This document shows, in pieces, positions 17,830 through 26,674 of a DNA stretch of 64,000 bases. The position numbers and the translations under genes are program-made. The notes under the pieces were generated by a model. It was not told where the DNA came from and made no database searches. It worked only from the letters and a program-made list of their open reading frames with translations. The stretch is taken from assembly GCA_903901045.1 (NCBI GenBank), contig CAIUPP010000109.1, positions 6,407 to 70,406 on the forward strand, read 5' to 3'. Positions within the stretch are counted from its first letter, which is position 1. Every line of letters begins with the position of its first letter. The DNA comes from an uncultured Planctomycetota bacterium. GTDB taxonomy: Bacteria; Planctomycetota; Brocadiia; CAIUPP01.

Positions 17830-18884
17830 CTTGTCCCCTCCACGCGGATGCCCGGTCCCGGTTGCGCGATGATGAACTCCGCAGCGAGTTCGTCGCGAAC
17901 CATGGATGTGACTGCGTCCAGCCCGCTGTCCAGGCAGAGGATATGGACGTTCGGCCCTGCGTCGATGGTGAAGAACGCCTCGATGCCGCGGCGGCGCAGG
18001 GCATGGACGGCGTTGATCGCGCGGATGGTCCGCTCGGTCCAGTAAAAGAGCGGCGGGCGGGAGGTCATCATCACGGCGTGCATGGAGAGGGCGTCCTCCT
18101 CGGAGGCGGAGCCGAGCATCGAGAGGTCGCGGCGGCGGATGGCGTCGCGCACTTGCTGAGCGCGCGCGGGGATGGCGCGCAGGCGGCCCTCGAACAGTTC
18201 GCTGGTGGCGGCGAGTTTGTGGCCGTCGGCGGAGGAGGTGGTCTTCTCCTCGCTGGAGAGAATGGCGACCACGTCGCGCAGTTCCGGCCAAGAGTTCTCG
18301 TCGGCGAGTTGCACCGCGTGGCATGCCTGGTGCGTGTCCCCCGGCAGCAGTTCCACGAAGCCGCCCATGATGGAGCGCGCGGCGGAGCCGGAGCCGAGGC
18401 GGGCCAGTCGGGAGAGTTCCGCTGCGTCGGGGTGTTTGCCCAGCGCGGCCGCTGCGGCGGCGGCGAGCGCGGCGAATCCGCTGGCGGAGGAGGCGATGCC
18501 GCAACCGGTGGGGAAGCTGTTTTCCGAGATTACGCGCAGTCGCTGGGAGTTTCCGGCCCAGCGGCGCATGGCGTCCAGGAAGTTCACCGTTCGCGCGAGC
18601 GCCTTCTCGCCGGGGACGCGTCCGCCGATCAGCACCTCATCGTCAGCGGCGGATTGCGCCGTGCGTGCGCGCGAGGGCGCAGCATGCTGCGCCCCTACGA
18701 CGGCCTGCGGTTCCTGTGGGCCTGCGGGGATTGGTTCGACGGTGGTGGTGGTCACGCAGGAATTCAGGGTCATGGAGATGCTGGGGTTGAGCGGGAGGTT
18801 CAGGTCGCCGGGGCGGTTCCCCCAGTATTTGATGAAGGCGATGTTGGCGCAGGCGCGCGCGGTGATGGAGTGGGGGGCGCTCAT
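17826..18884 (-). CDS. mvaD: Mevalonate (di)phosphate decarboxylase, probably acting on mevalonate-5-phosphate
   Basis: NIAFIKYWG, PLNPSISMTL, NSFPTGCGIASSASGFAAL, RLGSGSAARS and FTIDAGPNVH. Confidence 0.92.
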   Translation of the reverse strand: MSAPHSITARACANIAFIKYWGNRPGDLNLPLNPSISMTLNSCVTTTTVEPIPAGPQEPQAVVGAQHAAPSRARTAQSAADDEVLIGGRVPGEKALARTVNFLDAMRRWAGNSQRLRVISENSFPTGCGIASSASGFAALAAAAAAALGKHPDAAELSRLARLGSGSAARSIMGGFVELLPGDTHQACHAVQLADENSWPELRDVVAILSSEEKTTSSADGHKLAATSELFEGRLRAIPARAQQVRDAIRRRDLSMLGSASEEDALSMHAVMMTSRPPLFYWTERTIRAINAVHALRRRGIEAFFTIDAGPNVHILCLDSGLDAVTSMVRDELAAEFIIAQPGPGIRVEGTR

Positions 18885-19829
18885 TCAACCTCCGCCGAGG
18901 GTGGTGGAGTAGATTTCCTGCGCGCCGGCCAGGCGCAGTTCGGCGCTGAGGCGTTCCTCGTCGGTGGCGCTGCCGAGCAGTGCGATCATGGCGCCGCCGC
19001 GCCCCGCGCCGGTCATCTTGGCGCCGAGTCCCCCCTTTTCGACCGCCGCCTCAACGAGCCGGTCGAGGTCGGAGGAGGAGACCCCCAGTTCGCGCAGGAT
19101 TCCGTGCGAGTGGTTCATGCAGACCCCGAGCTCCTGCGCGGAGCCGCCGCGGATGATCTCGCGCATGACGCTGGCCATCGACCCGAGCTCCCACAGGTAG
19201 GAGTCCACGCGCGCCGGTTCGCGGTCGCGCAGCGCCTTCACGTCGTTCACCACCTTGTAGGTGGGGGAGGGGATGCCGGTGTCGGCGATGAGGAAGCGGA
19301 AGGTTTCGGAGCCGACGGCGATGGTCTGCGGCGGCTTGCCGCGGACGAAGTAGATCGGCTCGTTGCGCGCGACGACGGCGCTGTCCACGCCGCTGGGGTT
19401 GCCGTGGAATTCGCGCTCCGCTTCCAGCGCGAGCTCCGACACCTGGTCGGGGGTGAGGGTGCGCCCGAGCGCGGCGCAGATTCCTTTGACGATGGCGACC
19501 GAGACCGCCGCGCCGCTGCCCATTCCATGCCCGATGGGGATGGTGGACTGGATGACCAGCCGCACCCCCTGCGACCCCTCGCCGAAAAGCTCGAGGACGG
19601 AGTTCGCGAGGCGCAGGAGCGGGGCGATTGCGTCGGCGTGGTCTCCTTTCGCCTCCGGTCCCTGAAGGTCGGGGGCGAGCAGTTCCATTCCGCCGTGGCG
19701 CGTGAGTTCCACTTCCACTCGCGCCTGCACTCCGCGCACGGGGATGGCGATGGCGGGATGGCCGTAAACGACGGCGTGTTCGCCGATGAGCAGTACTTTC
19801 CCCGGCGCTTCGCCGATGGCGTGCGTCAT
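18885..19829 (-). CDS. mvk: Mevalonate kinase
   Basis: PGKVLLIGEHAVVYG, PIGHGMGSGAA, HGNPSGVD and KMTGAGRGG. AGGAG RBS before ATG 19829. Confidence 0.93.
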   Translation of the reverse strand: MTHAIGEAPGKVLLIGEHAVVYGHPAIAIPVRGVQARVEVELTRHGGMELLAPDLQGPEAKGDHADAIAPLLRLANSVLELFGEGSQGVRLVIQSTIPIGHGMGSGAAVSVAIVKGICAALGRTLTPDQVSELALEAEREFHGNPSGVDSAVVARNEPIYFVRGKPPQTIAVGSETFRFLIADTGIPSPTYKVVNDVKALRDREPARVDSYLWELGSMASVMREIIRGGSAQELGVCMNHSHGILRELGVSSSDLDRLVEAAVEKGGLGAKMTGAGRGGAMIALLGSATDEERLSAELRLAGAQEIYSTTLGGG

Positions 19830-19942
19830 GAGCGCTCCTGTGAAAATGGGACGGGCCGACAAGGCGATTCTATAAATGAGGCGGGACAAAAGCAACGCGG
19901 GTGACGGCGACGGGGGCGCGGTGCGCACGGCGCAGCTGGGAT

Positions 19943-20331
19943 TTCACCGCAGAGACGCGGAGTGCGCGGAGGACGACGGAAAAGGGTAACGAACAACGGC
20001 GGGGATCACGCAAAGACGCAAAGGCGCAAAGAACGGCGCAGGAGGGGGACGACGGCAACGACGGAAACGGCGGCGGGGGGGGTACGACGGCGACGGCTTT
20101 CACCACGGAGGGCCACGGAGAACGGTGGAGGAGGGTGACGAACAGCGACGGGGATCACGCAAAGACGCAAAGGCGCAAAGAACGGCAAGCCGGGGCTAAC
20201 AACGGGAAGGATGTCGTCGTTTCCGTTGCTATGAATGGCCGTCCTCTGTGCCCTTCGTGCCCTCTGTGGTGAAATCCGTCGTTGCCGTTACCCTCCGCCG
20301 CCGTTCTTTGCGCCTTTGCGTCTTTGCGTGA
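19943..20331. repeat. Cluster of nested short repeats between mvk and serA
   Basis: CACGCAAAGACGCAAAGGCGCAAAGAACGGC at 20007 and 20156, with an inverted copy at about 20300-20330. TTCACCRCRGAG-type units have an inverted CTCTGTGGTGAA. Confidence 0.85.
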
Positions 20332-20413
20332 GCCCCGTTGTCGTCCGCCGAGGCTAGACAAGCCCGCTCTCTTTCCTTATGATATGGCCACTTGTTCAAC
20401 GGAGGTATATCCC

Positions 20414-21988
20414 ATGGCGAAAGTGCTTGTGGCGGATGCGTTGTCCGACGTGGGCGTGGCGCTGCTGAAGGGCGCGGGGCTGGAGGTCGATGTCAATACC
20501 GGTCGCACCGAGGATGAGCTGGTGAAGCTCATCGGATCGTACGATGCGCTGGTGGTGCGCAGTGCGCCGAAGGTGACGGCGCGCATTATCGAGGCGGGGA
20601 CACAACTCAAGGTGATCGGCCGCGCCGGCGTCGGCGTGGATAATGTGGATGTGGCGGCCGCGTCGCGTCGCGGGGTGATCGTGATGAACACGCCGCTGGG
20701 GAATGTGACCAGCGCGGCGGAACACGCCGTGGCGATGCTGATGGCCCTGGCGCGCAATATCCCCGGGGCGGACGCTTCCATGAAGGCGGGGAAGTGGGAT
20801 AAGAAGAGCTTCACCGGCGTCGAGGTGAGCGAGAAGACGCTGGGGATCGTCGGTATGGGCAAGGTGGGGCAGATCGTCGCCAAGGCGGGGATCGGCCTGA
20901 ATATGAAGGTGCTGGCGTACGACCCGTTCCTGCCGGAGCGGCGCGCGCGCGAGCTGGGCGTGGAGCCGGCCACGCTGGATGACGTGCTGGCCAAGAGCGA
21001 TTTCATCACGATCCACACTCCGCTGACCGACCAGACGCGCGGCCTCTTGAACGAGGCGGCGCTGGCGAAGATCAAGAAGGGGGCGCGGCTGGTGAATTGC
21101 GCGCGCGGCGGCATTGTGGACGAGGTGGCGCTGGTGAAGGCGCTGGAGGAAGGGCGTCTGGCCGGCGCGGCGGTGGACGTGTTCGGCACGGAGCCTCTCC
21201 CGGCGGACAGCCCGCTGCGTAAGGCGCCGCATCTGATCCTGACTCCGCACCTGGGCGCCAGCACCGAGGAGGCGCAGACCAAGGTGGCCGAGGCGATCGC
21301 GCAGCAGATCGTGGCGTACTTCAAGGAGGGGAAGATCCAGTACGCGGTGAACCTGAGCGTGACGCTGACGCGCGAGATGGAGCCGTTCGCCGAACTGGCG
21401 CGCGCGCTGGGCAAGCTGCTCTCGCAGATGCTGCCGAATCCGCCGCAGAAGCTGGTCACCGCCGCCGAGGGGCGCATCGCCACGGAGGATACGCACGCCC
21501 TCTCCGTCTTCGCGCTCCAGGGGCTGCTGGCCAGCTGGCATGACCGGCTCAACGTGGTCAACGCGCCGCTGGTGGCGGAGGAGCGCGGCATTGCGATCGT
21601 CGAGCAGAAGGCCTTCGAGTCGCGCGATTACGCGAACCTCGTGCGCCTGACCGTCGAGACCGCCAAGACCACGCACACGGTGGCCGGCACGGTCTTCGAG
21701 GGGCGCGAGGTGCGCATTACGGAGATCGACGGTTTCAGCGTGGACCTGAAGCCGGAAGGGACGATGCTGGTGTTGTTCTACGCCGACCGCCCGGGCATGG
21801 TGGGCAAGTTCGGGACGATCCTGGGGGATGCTAAGATCAACATCGCCGGGATGGATGTCGGGCGCAAGGAGAAGCGCGGCCGCGCTTGCATCGCGCTGTC
21901 GGTGGATGATCCGGTTCCGGCCGACGTGGTTGAAAAGATGCGGGCCTGCACGGGCACCGGCGAGACGTATCTTGTAAGCTTTGCGTGA
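20414..21988 (+). CDS. serA: D-3-phosphoglycerate dehydrogenase
   Basis: GRAGVGVDNVD, NCARGGIVDE, TPHLGASTEEAQ and a C-terminal ACT domain (DRPGMVG...INIAGM). GGAGG RBS. Confidence 0.95.
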   Translation: MAKVLVADALSDVGVALLKGAGLEVDVNTGRTEDELVKLIGSYDALVVRSAPKVTARIIEAGTQLKVIGRAGVGVDNVDVAAASRRGVIVMNTPLGNVTSAAEHAVAMLMALARNIPGADASMKAGKWDKKSFTGVEVSEKTLGIVGMGKVGQIVAKAGIGLNMKVLAYDPFLPERRARELGVEPATLDDVLAKSDFITIHTPLTDQTRGLLNEAALAKIKKGARLVNCARGGIVDEVALVKALEEGRLAGAAVDVFGTEPLPADSPLRKAPHLILTPHLGASTEEAQTKVAEAIAQQIVAYFKEGKIQYAVNLSVTLTREMEPFAELARALGKLLSQMLPNPPQKLVTAAEGRIATEDTHALSVFALQGLLASWHDRLNVVNAPLVAEERGIAIVEQKAFESRDYANLVRLTVETAKTTHTVAGTVFEGREVRITEIDGFSVDLKPEGTMLVLFYADRPGMVGKFGTILGDAKINIAGMDVGRKEKRGRACIALSVDDPVPADVVEKMRACTGTGETYLVSFA

Positions 21989-22021
21989 CGGCGGGTGCGT
22001 GACAGGAAAGCTGCGAAAGTC

Positions 22022-22086
22022 GGGACACAATACTTTCCAAAGGAAAGTTTTGTGTCCCGATTTTCGCAAGAAAGTATTGTGTCCCC
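22022..22086. repeat. REP-like palindrome GGGACACAATACTT...AAGTATTGTGTCCC
   Basis: Inverted arms with a duplicated right arm, downstream of serA. Confidence 0.7.
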
Positions 22087-22194
22087 ACTTTCGTTCGACG
22101 CATCTATCGGCGGCTATTCGGGTTATCGAGAGCGCGCAGACTCGCTGAATTTTGGCAGTTGAAAATCGGCCCGAAAAAGATTTAGTATGAGGAA

Positions 22195-22450
22195 GTGAGA
22201 TTTCGGCTCGCCGCCAGAACCAGCGGCGGGCAGGGGTCGCGCAGTCGTGCGCGACTGGCAAAAGGTCCGACCCCGCCGGGGGTGGTTCGCCGGCGGAACA
22301 GGTCGGGAGCCTTTTGAGAAAGGAGGTGGTCCAGCAGATGTGCCATAGACCTAGGAGGCCGCTGACGTAAGCCGGCCGACGGGCCCGCGATGTCAGCGGC
22401 CCTCAAACTGACGGCCCGCTCCTCGTGATGAGGAGCGGGCCGTTTTGTTT
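22195..22450 (+). ncRNA. Putative structured small RNA or 10-codon sORF transcript with extended complementarity to the 16S rRNA 3' end
   Basis: TTGAAA-18 bp-TAGTAT promoter (22159-22188), consecutive hairpins, AGAAAGGAGGTGGTCCAGC (22317-22335), ORF MCHRPRRPLT (22338-22370) and a terminator. Confidence 0.55.
22411..22450 (+). terminator. Rho-independent terminator
   Basis: ACGGCCCGCTCCTC-GTGAT-GAGGAGCGGGCCGT followed by TTTGTTT. Confidence 0.85.
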
Positions 22451-22472
22451 AGTGATCAACGGAAACGGCCTT

Positions 22473-22557
22473 CCACAGATTACACAGATGAACACCGATT
22501 ACAGAGACATGGCACAGCGCCGTCAACCTAATCGGTGTTCATCTGTGCAATCTGTGG
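22473..22557. repeat. Inverted repeat pair CCACAGATTACACAGATGAACACCGATT / AATCGGTGTTCATCTGTGCAATCTGTGG
   Basis: Near-perfect 28-bp inverted arms just beyond the icd stop. Confidence 0.85.
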
Positions 22558-22571
22558 ACCGTCCGTTCGTT

Positions 22572-23774
22572 CTATGTTAACCGCTTTGCCACGGCCTCGA
22601 TGAACCCCTCCGTCGTCACCCAGCTCTCGCGCGGCGGGTCGGCGGTTTCATGCGTCAGCCGCGCCAGGTCGCGCGTCATCGTCCCCTCGGTGATGGCGTC
22701 CAGCACCGCTTTCTCCAGCCGGTCGGCGAACGCGCACAACTCCGGCGTGGCGTCCAGTTGCCCGCGTTTGCGCAGCGCGCCGCTCCAGGCGAAGATCGTC
22801 GCCACCGAATTCGTGCTCGTGGGCTTGCCGGCCACGTGATCCTTGTAATGGCGCGCCACGGTTCCGTGCGCCGCTTCGAACTCGTAGCAGCCGTCCGGGC
22901 TCACCAGTTCGCTGGTCATCATCCCCAGCGACCCGAACCCCGCCGCCACCATGTCGCTCTGGACGTCGCCATCGTAGTTCATCAGCGCCCAGATGATCCC
23001 TCCCTCGTGCTTCATCATCTGCGCCACGGCGTCGTCGATGAGCAGGTAGCGGTAGTGGATTCCCGCCTGCGCCATCTCGGCGGCGTGCGCGGCGGTTTCC
23101 TCCGCGAAGATGTTCTTGAAGAAAGTATGGTAGGTCTTGCTGATCGTGTCCTTGGAGGAGAACCACAGATCGATCTTCTGGTCCAGCGCGTAGCGGATGC
23201 AGGCGCGGGCGAAGGAGCGGACGGACTTCTCCGTGTTGTGAATTCCCATCACCACGCCGGGCCCCTTGAACTCGTGGATCGTCCGGCGTTCCGGCGCGCC
23301 GGAGGCGGGGGTGTACACCAGCTCCACCTTGCCGGGCCCGGGGACGGCCAACTCCGTGGCTTTGTAGATATCGCCGTAGGCGTGGCGGCCGATCACGATG
23401 GGCTTCTTCCAACTGCGCACCGCCACGGGGATCCCCTTCGCCAGGATCGGCTTGCGGAAGACGGTGCCATCCAGTTCGCTGCGGATCGTGCCGTTCGGGC
23501 TGACCCAGGCTTTCTTGAGGTGGTATTCCTGCACCTGCGCGATGCTGGGGGTGATGGTGGCGCACTTCACGCCCACCTTGTGGCGCTTGATCGCCAGCGC
23601 GGCGTCGTGCGTGACCTTGTCCTCGGTCTGGTCGCGGTGTCCCAGCCCCAGGTCGTAGTATTCCAGGGGGATATCCACGAAGGGGGCGATCAACTTTTCC
23701 TTCACCAGCTTCCAGATGACGCGCGTCATCTGGTCGCCATCCATCTCGACCAGCGGGTTCTTTGCCTTGATCAT
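22572..23774 (-). CDS. icd: NADP-dependent isocitrate dehydrogenase (eukaryote-like subfamily II)
   Basis: [46 protein letters not shown] and EAAHGTV. Confidence 0.93.
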   Translation of the reverse strand: MIKAKNPLVEMDGDQMTRVIWKLVKEKLIAPFVDIPLEYYDLGLGHRDQTEDKVTHDAALAIKRHKVGVKCATITPSIAQVQEYHLKKAWVSPNGTIRSELDGTVFRKPILAKGIPVAVRSWKKPIVIGRHAYGDIYKATELAVPGPGKVELVYTPASGAPERRTIHEFKGPGVVMGIHNTEKSVRSFARACIRYALDQKIDLWFSSKDTISKTYHTFFKNIFAEETAAHAAEMAQAGIHYRYLLIDDAVAQMMKHEGGIIWALMNYDGDVQSDMVAAGFGSLGMMTSELVSPDGCYEFEAAHGTVARHYKDHVAGKPTSTNSVATIFAWSGALRKRGQLDATPELCAFADRLEKAVLDAITEGTMTRDLARLTHETADPPRESWVTTEGFIEAVAKRLT

Positions 23775-24116
23775 CAGAGTCTCTCCAGAGCAGTAAGGAA
23801 GGCCCAACGCTCCAAATATAAGGGAAATGGGCGGGAAGGGCAAGGAGAGTGCAGAATGCAGAGTGCAGAGTGCAGAACAACGGCAACCCCTGCGTGCGCA
23901 GCGACCAACGTGTTTGCCGTTTCCGTGAGCCTGTAACTTCGTCCCTCGTGCCCTTTGGGGCCTTTGTGGTGAAAGCCGTTCTCGTTTCGTTGCTCTTTAT
24001 CGTCGTTCTCCGCGTTCTCTGCGTCTCCGCGGTGAGCCTCGCCGTCACGTTCTCGCCCTCCGCGTTTGATTTCATTGGCGCGCGCCGAATATAATCCCTC
24101 ATTGCGCGTGCGATGG

Positions 24117-24202
24117 GCCGGAGTGGCGGAATGGCAGACGCACGGGTTTCAAAAACCCGCGGGCTTACGCCCATGGGGGTTCGACTCCCCCCTCCGGCAC
24201 CA
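24117..24202 (+). tRNA. tRNA-Leu (CAA)
   Basis: GCCGGAG acceptor stem, CGGGT-TTCAAAA-ACCCG anticodon arm, long variable arm, GGTTCGACTCC and CCA. Confidence 0.95.
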
Positions 24203-24257
24203 TGATGGCGCGCGTGGAGATGTTTCCCTCCGGACAGTTCTTATGGGAGAAGGCGCC

Positions 24258-24551
24258 ATGTGGAACTTCCTGACGTTCCGTAAGCTGATCACGCCGATAT
24301 TCCTCCAGATCATCATGTGGATCGGCGTGGTGACCACCCTCACCATCGGCATCGTCTGGTTCGTTCAGGGCATCTGCAACGATTACGCCGGCGGCCTGCA
24401 GGTGCTCGAGGGGCTCTTCATGATCATCATGGGGCCGCTGCTCTGCCGCGTCTGGGCGGAGAAGACCACCATCCTGTTCCGCATGTATGACAAAACCTGC
24501 GGCGAGACCTCGTGCGGGAAGCCCCCCGCCGAGAAGCCGCCGAGCGCGTAG
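24258..24551 (+). CDS. DUF4282-like small membrane protein
   Basis: NFLTFRKLITP N-terminus, two hydrophobic helices and GPLLCRVWAE..ILFR. Confidence 0.75.
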   Translation: MWNFLTFRKLITPIFLQIIMWIGVVTTLTIGIVWFVQGICNDYAGGLQVLEGLFMIIMGPLLCRVWAEKTTILFRMYDKTCGETSCGKPPAEKPPSA

Positions 24552-24558
24552 GCGTATA

Positions 24559-24680
24559 TGGAGTGCGGCGGCGATGACGCCGCTTTGGCTTGTGACGCGG
24601 CTTGATTGCGCCCGGGAAGTGATGAGCCGGGAGTGGTGCGCCTTCCGCAGCCAAAGCGCCGCCGTTGGCGGCGCACTCCA
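24559..24680. repeat. REP doublet TGGAGTGCG...GCTTTGG / CCAAAGC...CGCACTCCA
   Basis: Inverted pair of GC-rich palindromes. Confidence 0.75.
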
Positions 24681-24762
24681 AGACCCGCGGGACGGCGCAA
24701 TCTGACAGGCCGTTATGCCCAGAACCGGTTTCGCAGCTCAGGTTGAGATAGAGGAGACCCCC

Positions 24763-26478
24763 ATGCCCAGGAGCATTCGCCTTTCCCAGTCCGACGCGCT
24801 GCCCCGCTCGACGATGACCTTCGGCGTTTTCGCCACCTGCGACCCGCGCGTGGACAAGGCCTCGCGCGATCGCGCGCGGAACATTGTGGAGCTCGTGGCC
24901 GACGTGGTCGCGCGCGACGTCAAGCTCCCGGATGGCCGCCCTGCGCGGGTCGTCTGGAGCCCGGTCCTCGTGGATGGCGAGCGCCAGGCCGACATCGTCG
25001 CCGGGCAATTCCGCGCCGCCGGGGTGGACGCGCTCATCTGCGCGCCGGACACCTGGGCCTTTCCGCAACTCGGACTGATCTCCCTGCTCCAGCAATTCCC
25101 GAAGGACACGCCGCTCAACCTCACTTGCGGCAACAGCGGCCCGAAGCCCGGCGTCGTCTTCACGCACGCCGCCGGCGGCGCGATCAGCCAGTACGGGCGG
25201 CTGGTGCACATCAACGTCGGCAACTGGCCCGACGTCGGCCCGAAGCCGAAGATGTCCAAGACCACCGCCACCGCGCTGGTGGACTGGTGCTACGCGGCGC
25301 TCACCGCGCAGTCGCTCAAGGGGCGGCGCGTGGTCGTCTGGGGGCACGACTCCATGGGCATGGAAACCGCCCTTGCGCATGTCATCCCCACCCGCAACAG
25401 CTTCGGCATCGAGATCACCCGGCTGGACATGAAGCTGCTCTCCGACATGCTCGCCAAGAAGTCGTACAAGGCCTCCGAGCTTCGCGCCCTGCGCGGCTGG
25501 ATCGACCGCAAGTTCGGCAAGCGGCTCATCCTGCGCGGCAAGGCCGATAGCGAGCGCTTCAACCAGAGTCTGGCGATGTACCTCATCACGCGCGACCTTA
25601 TGGCGGAGCTCAACGCCGTCGGCGGCGGGTTCATGAGCCAGCTCGAATGGGGCTCCGACCGGCGCGGCCTGCCGCTGCCGGTGGCGGACGTGATGGAGTC
25701 GCTCTTCAACTCCACCTTCGACCACAACGGCCGCAAGCCCCCCACGCCGTACGCCACCGAGGCGGACTTGCAGGGGCTGCTCACCATGCTCCCCTTCACC
25801 TGGCTGACGGGGGGCAACCCGCCGCTGTTCATGGATTTCCGCAAGGTCTGGGAAGCGTGGGAGATCAAGGAGCTCGCCGCGCGCCTGAAGCTCTCCGGCC
25901 TCGACGGCAGCGCGCTCTGGGAGCGCAAAGGCTTCGTGGATGGCGATAACTCCGGCAGCGCGGCCTTCGACTGGGCGGCGAAACCGGGCGCGGCCGTGGA
26001 TGAAATTCTCTCCAACATCGCGCTTCCCCCGGCGGACGCGGGCTACTTCCCCGGCCTGGGGAACTCCGTCACCTTCGTTTCCCCCGGCGGCATCGAAGGG
26101 ATCGCCGCGCGTCTGGCCTACTCCGCGGCGAACGGCATGTTCTCGATGATCTGGGACGAAGCGGTGACCGTGGACCTGCCCGCGAAGCTCGCCGCCGCGG
26201 TGTGCAACACCTCCAACGTCACCTGGCCGCACACCTTCGTCGTGCCGAAGTATGCTACGATGACGGAGTACAAGCAGTACGCCCCGGCCAACCATTTCCA
26301 CATGACGTGGGGCCTTCCCCCCGCGCGCCTGCAATATTGGATGGACTTGGCCAATGTCCTCTCCGCCACCCCCTGGGCCGCGCGCCCGAGTTTCATCGAA
26401 GGGGTGGACCGCCCGACGCCGCTGCTGCACATCCTCAACGGCGGCGAGGCGGCGGCGAAGATGGGACGGCGGTCGTAG
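24763..26478 (+). CDS. L-fucose/D-arabinose isomerase family protein
   Basis: GPKPGVVF, DSMGM, QLEWGSD, FNSTFDHNGRK, ATEAD, DFRKVW, TWPHTF and ANHFH match FucI-like motifs. GAGGAG RBS. Confidence 0.8.
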   Translation: MPRSIRLSQSDALPRSTMTFGVFATCDPRVDKASRDRARNIVELVADVVARDVKLPDGRPARVVWSPVLVDGERQADIVAGQFRAAGVDALICAPDTWAFPQLGLISLLQQFPKDTPLNLTCGNSGPKPGVVFTHAAGGAISQYGRLVHINVGNWPDVGPKPKMSKTTATALVDWCYAALTAQSLKGRRVVVWGHDSMGMETALAHVIPTRNSFGIEITRLDMKLLSDMLAKKSYKASELRALRGWIDRKFGKRLILRGKADSERFNQSLAMYLITRDLMAELNAVGGGFMSQLEWGSDRRGLPLPVADVMESLFNSTFDHNGRKPPTPYATEADLQGLLTMLPFTWLTGGNPPLFMDFRKVWEAWEIKELAARLKLSGLDGSALWERKGFVDGDNSGSAAFDWAAKPGAAVDEILSNIALPPADAGYFPGLGNSVTFVSPGGIEGIAARLAYSAANGMFSMIWDEAVTVDLPAKLAAAVCNTSNVTWPHTFVVPKYATMTEYKQYAPANHFHMTWGLPPARLQYWMDLANVLSATPWAARPSFIEGVDRPTPLLHILNGGEAAAKMGRRS

Positions 26479-26674
26479 GCGGGACTATTCACCGCAGAGG
26501 CGCAGAGGGCGCAGAGAACGGCGGAAGAGGAAACCGTGTGGCGCGGGTTATAAAACCCGCGGACATAGTTCGTTCTTTCCGCTTCTCGGCGTGAGGGCGC
26601 AGCATGCTGCGCCCCTACAATGCTCCAAATGGTCAGCGCGCGACGGGACCGCGGGGGCAAGGCATGCCTTGCCC

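Noticed and set aside
16894-18504. 536-aa IPK fusion as given in the ORF track
   Set aside because: The upstream part overlaps mvaD in another frame. IPK motifs begin only after about 17695.
22141-22320. c-di-AMP or c-di-GMP riboswitch, SRP RNA or 6S RNA
   Set aside because: Only isolated words match (CGCTGAAT, GGCAAA). The remaining conserved cores are absent by eye, although an Rfam search is still needed.
22317-22335. 16S rRNA gene fragment on the minus strand
   Set aside because: The match is limited to 19 nt and the flanks are not rRNA-like. It is treated as an extended SD-like element instead.
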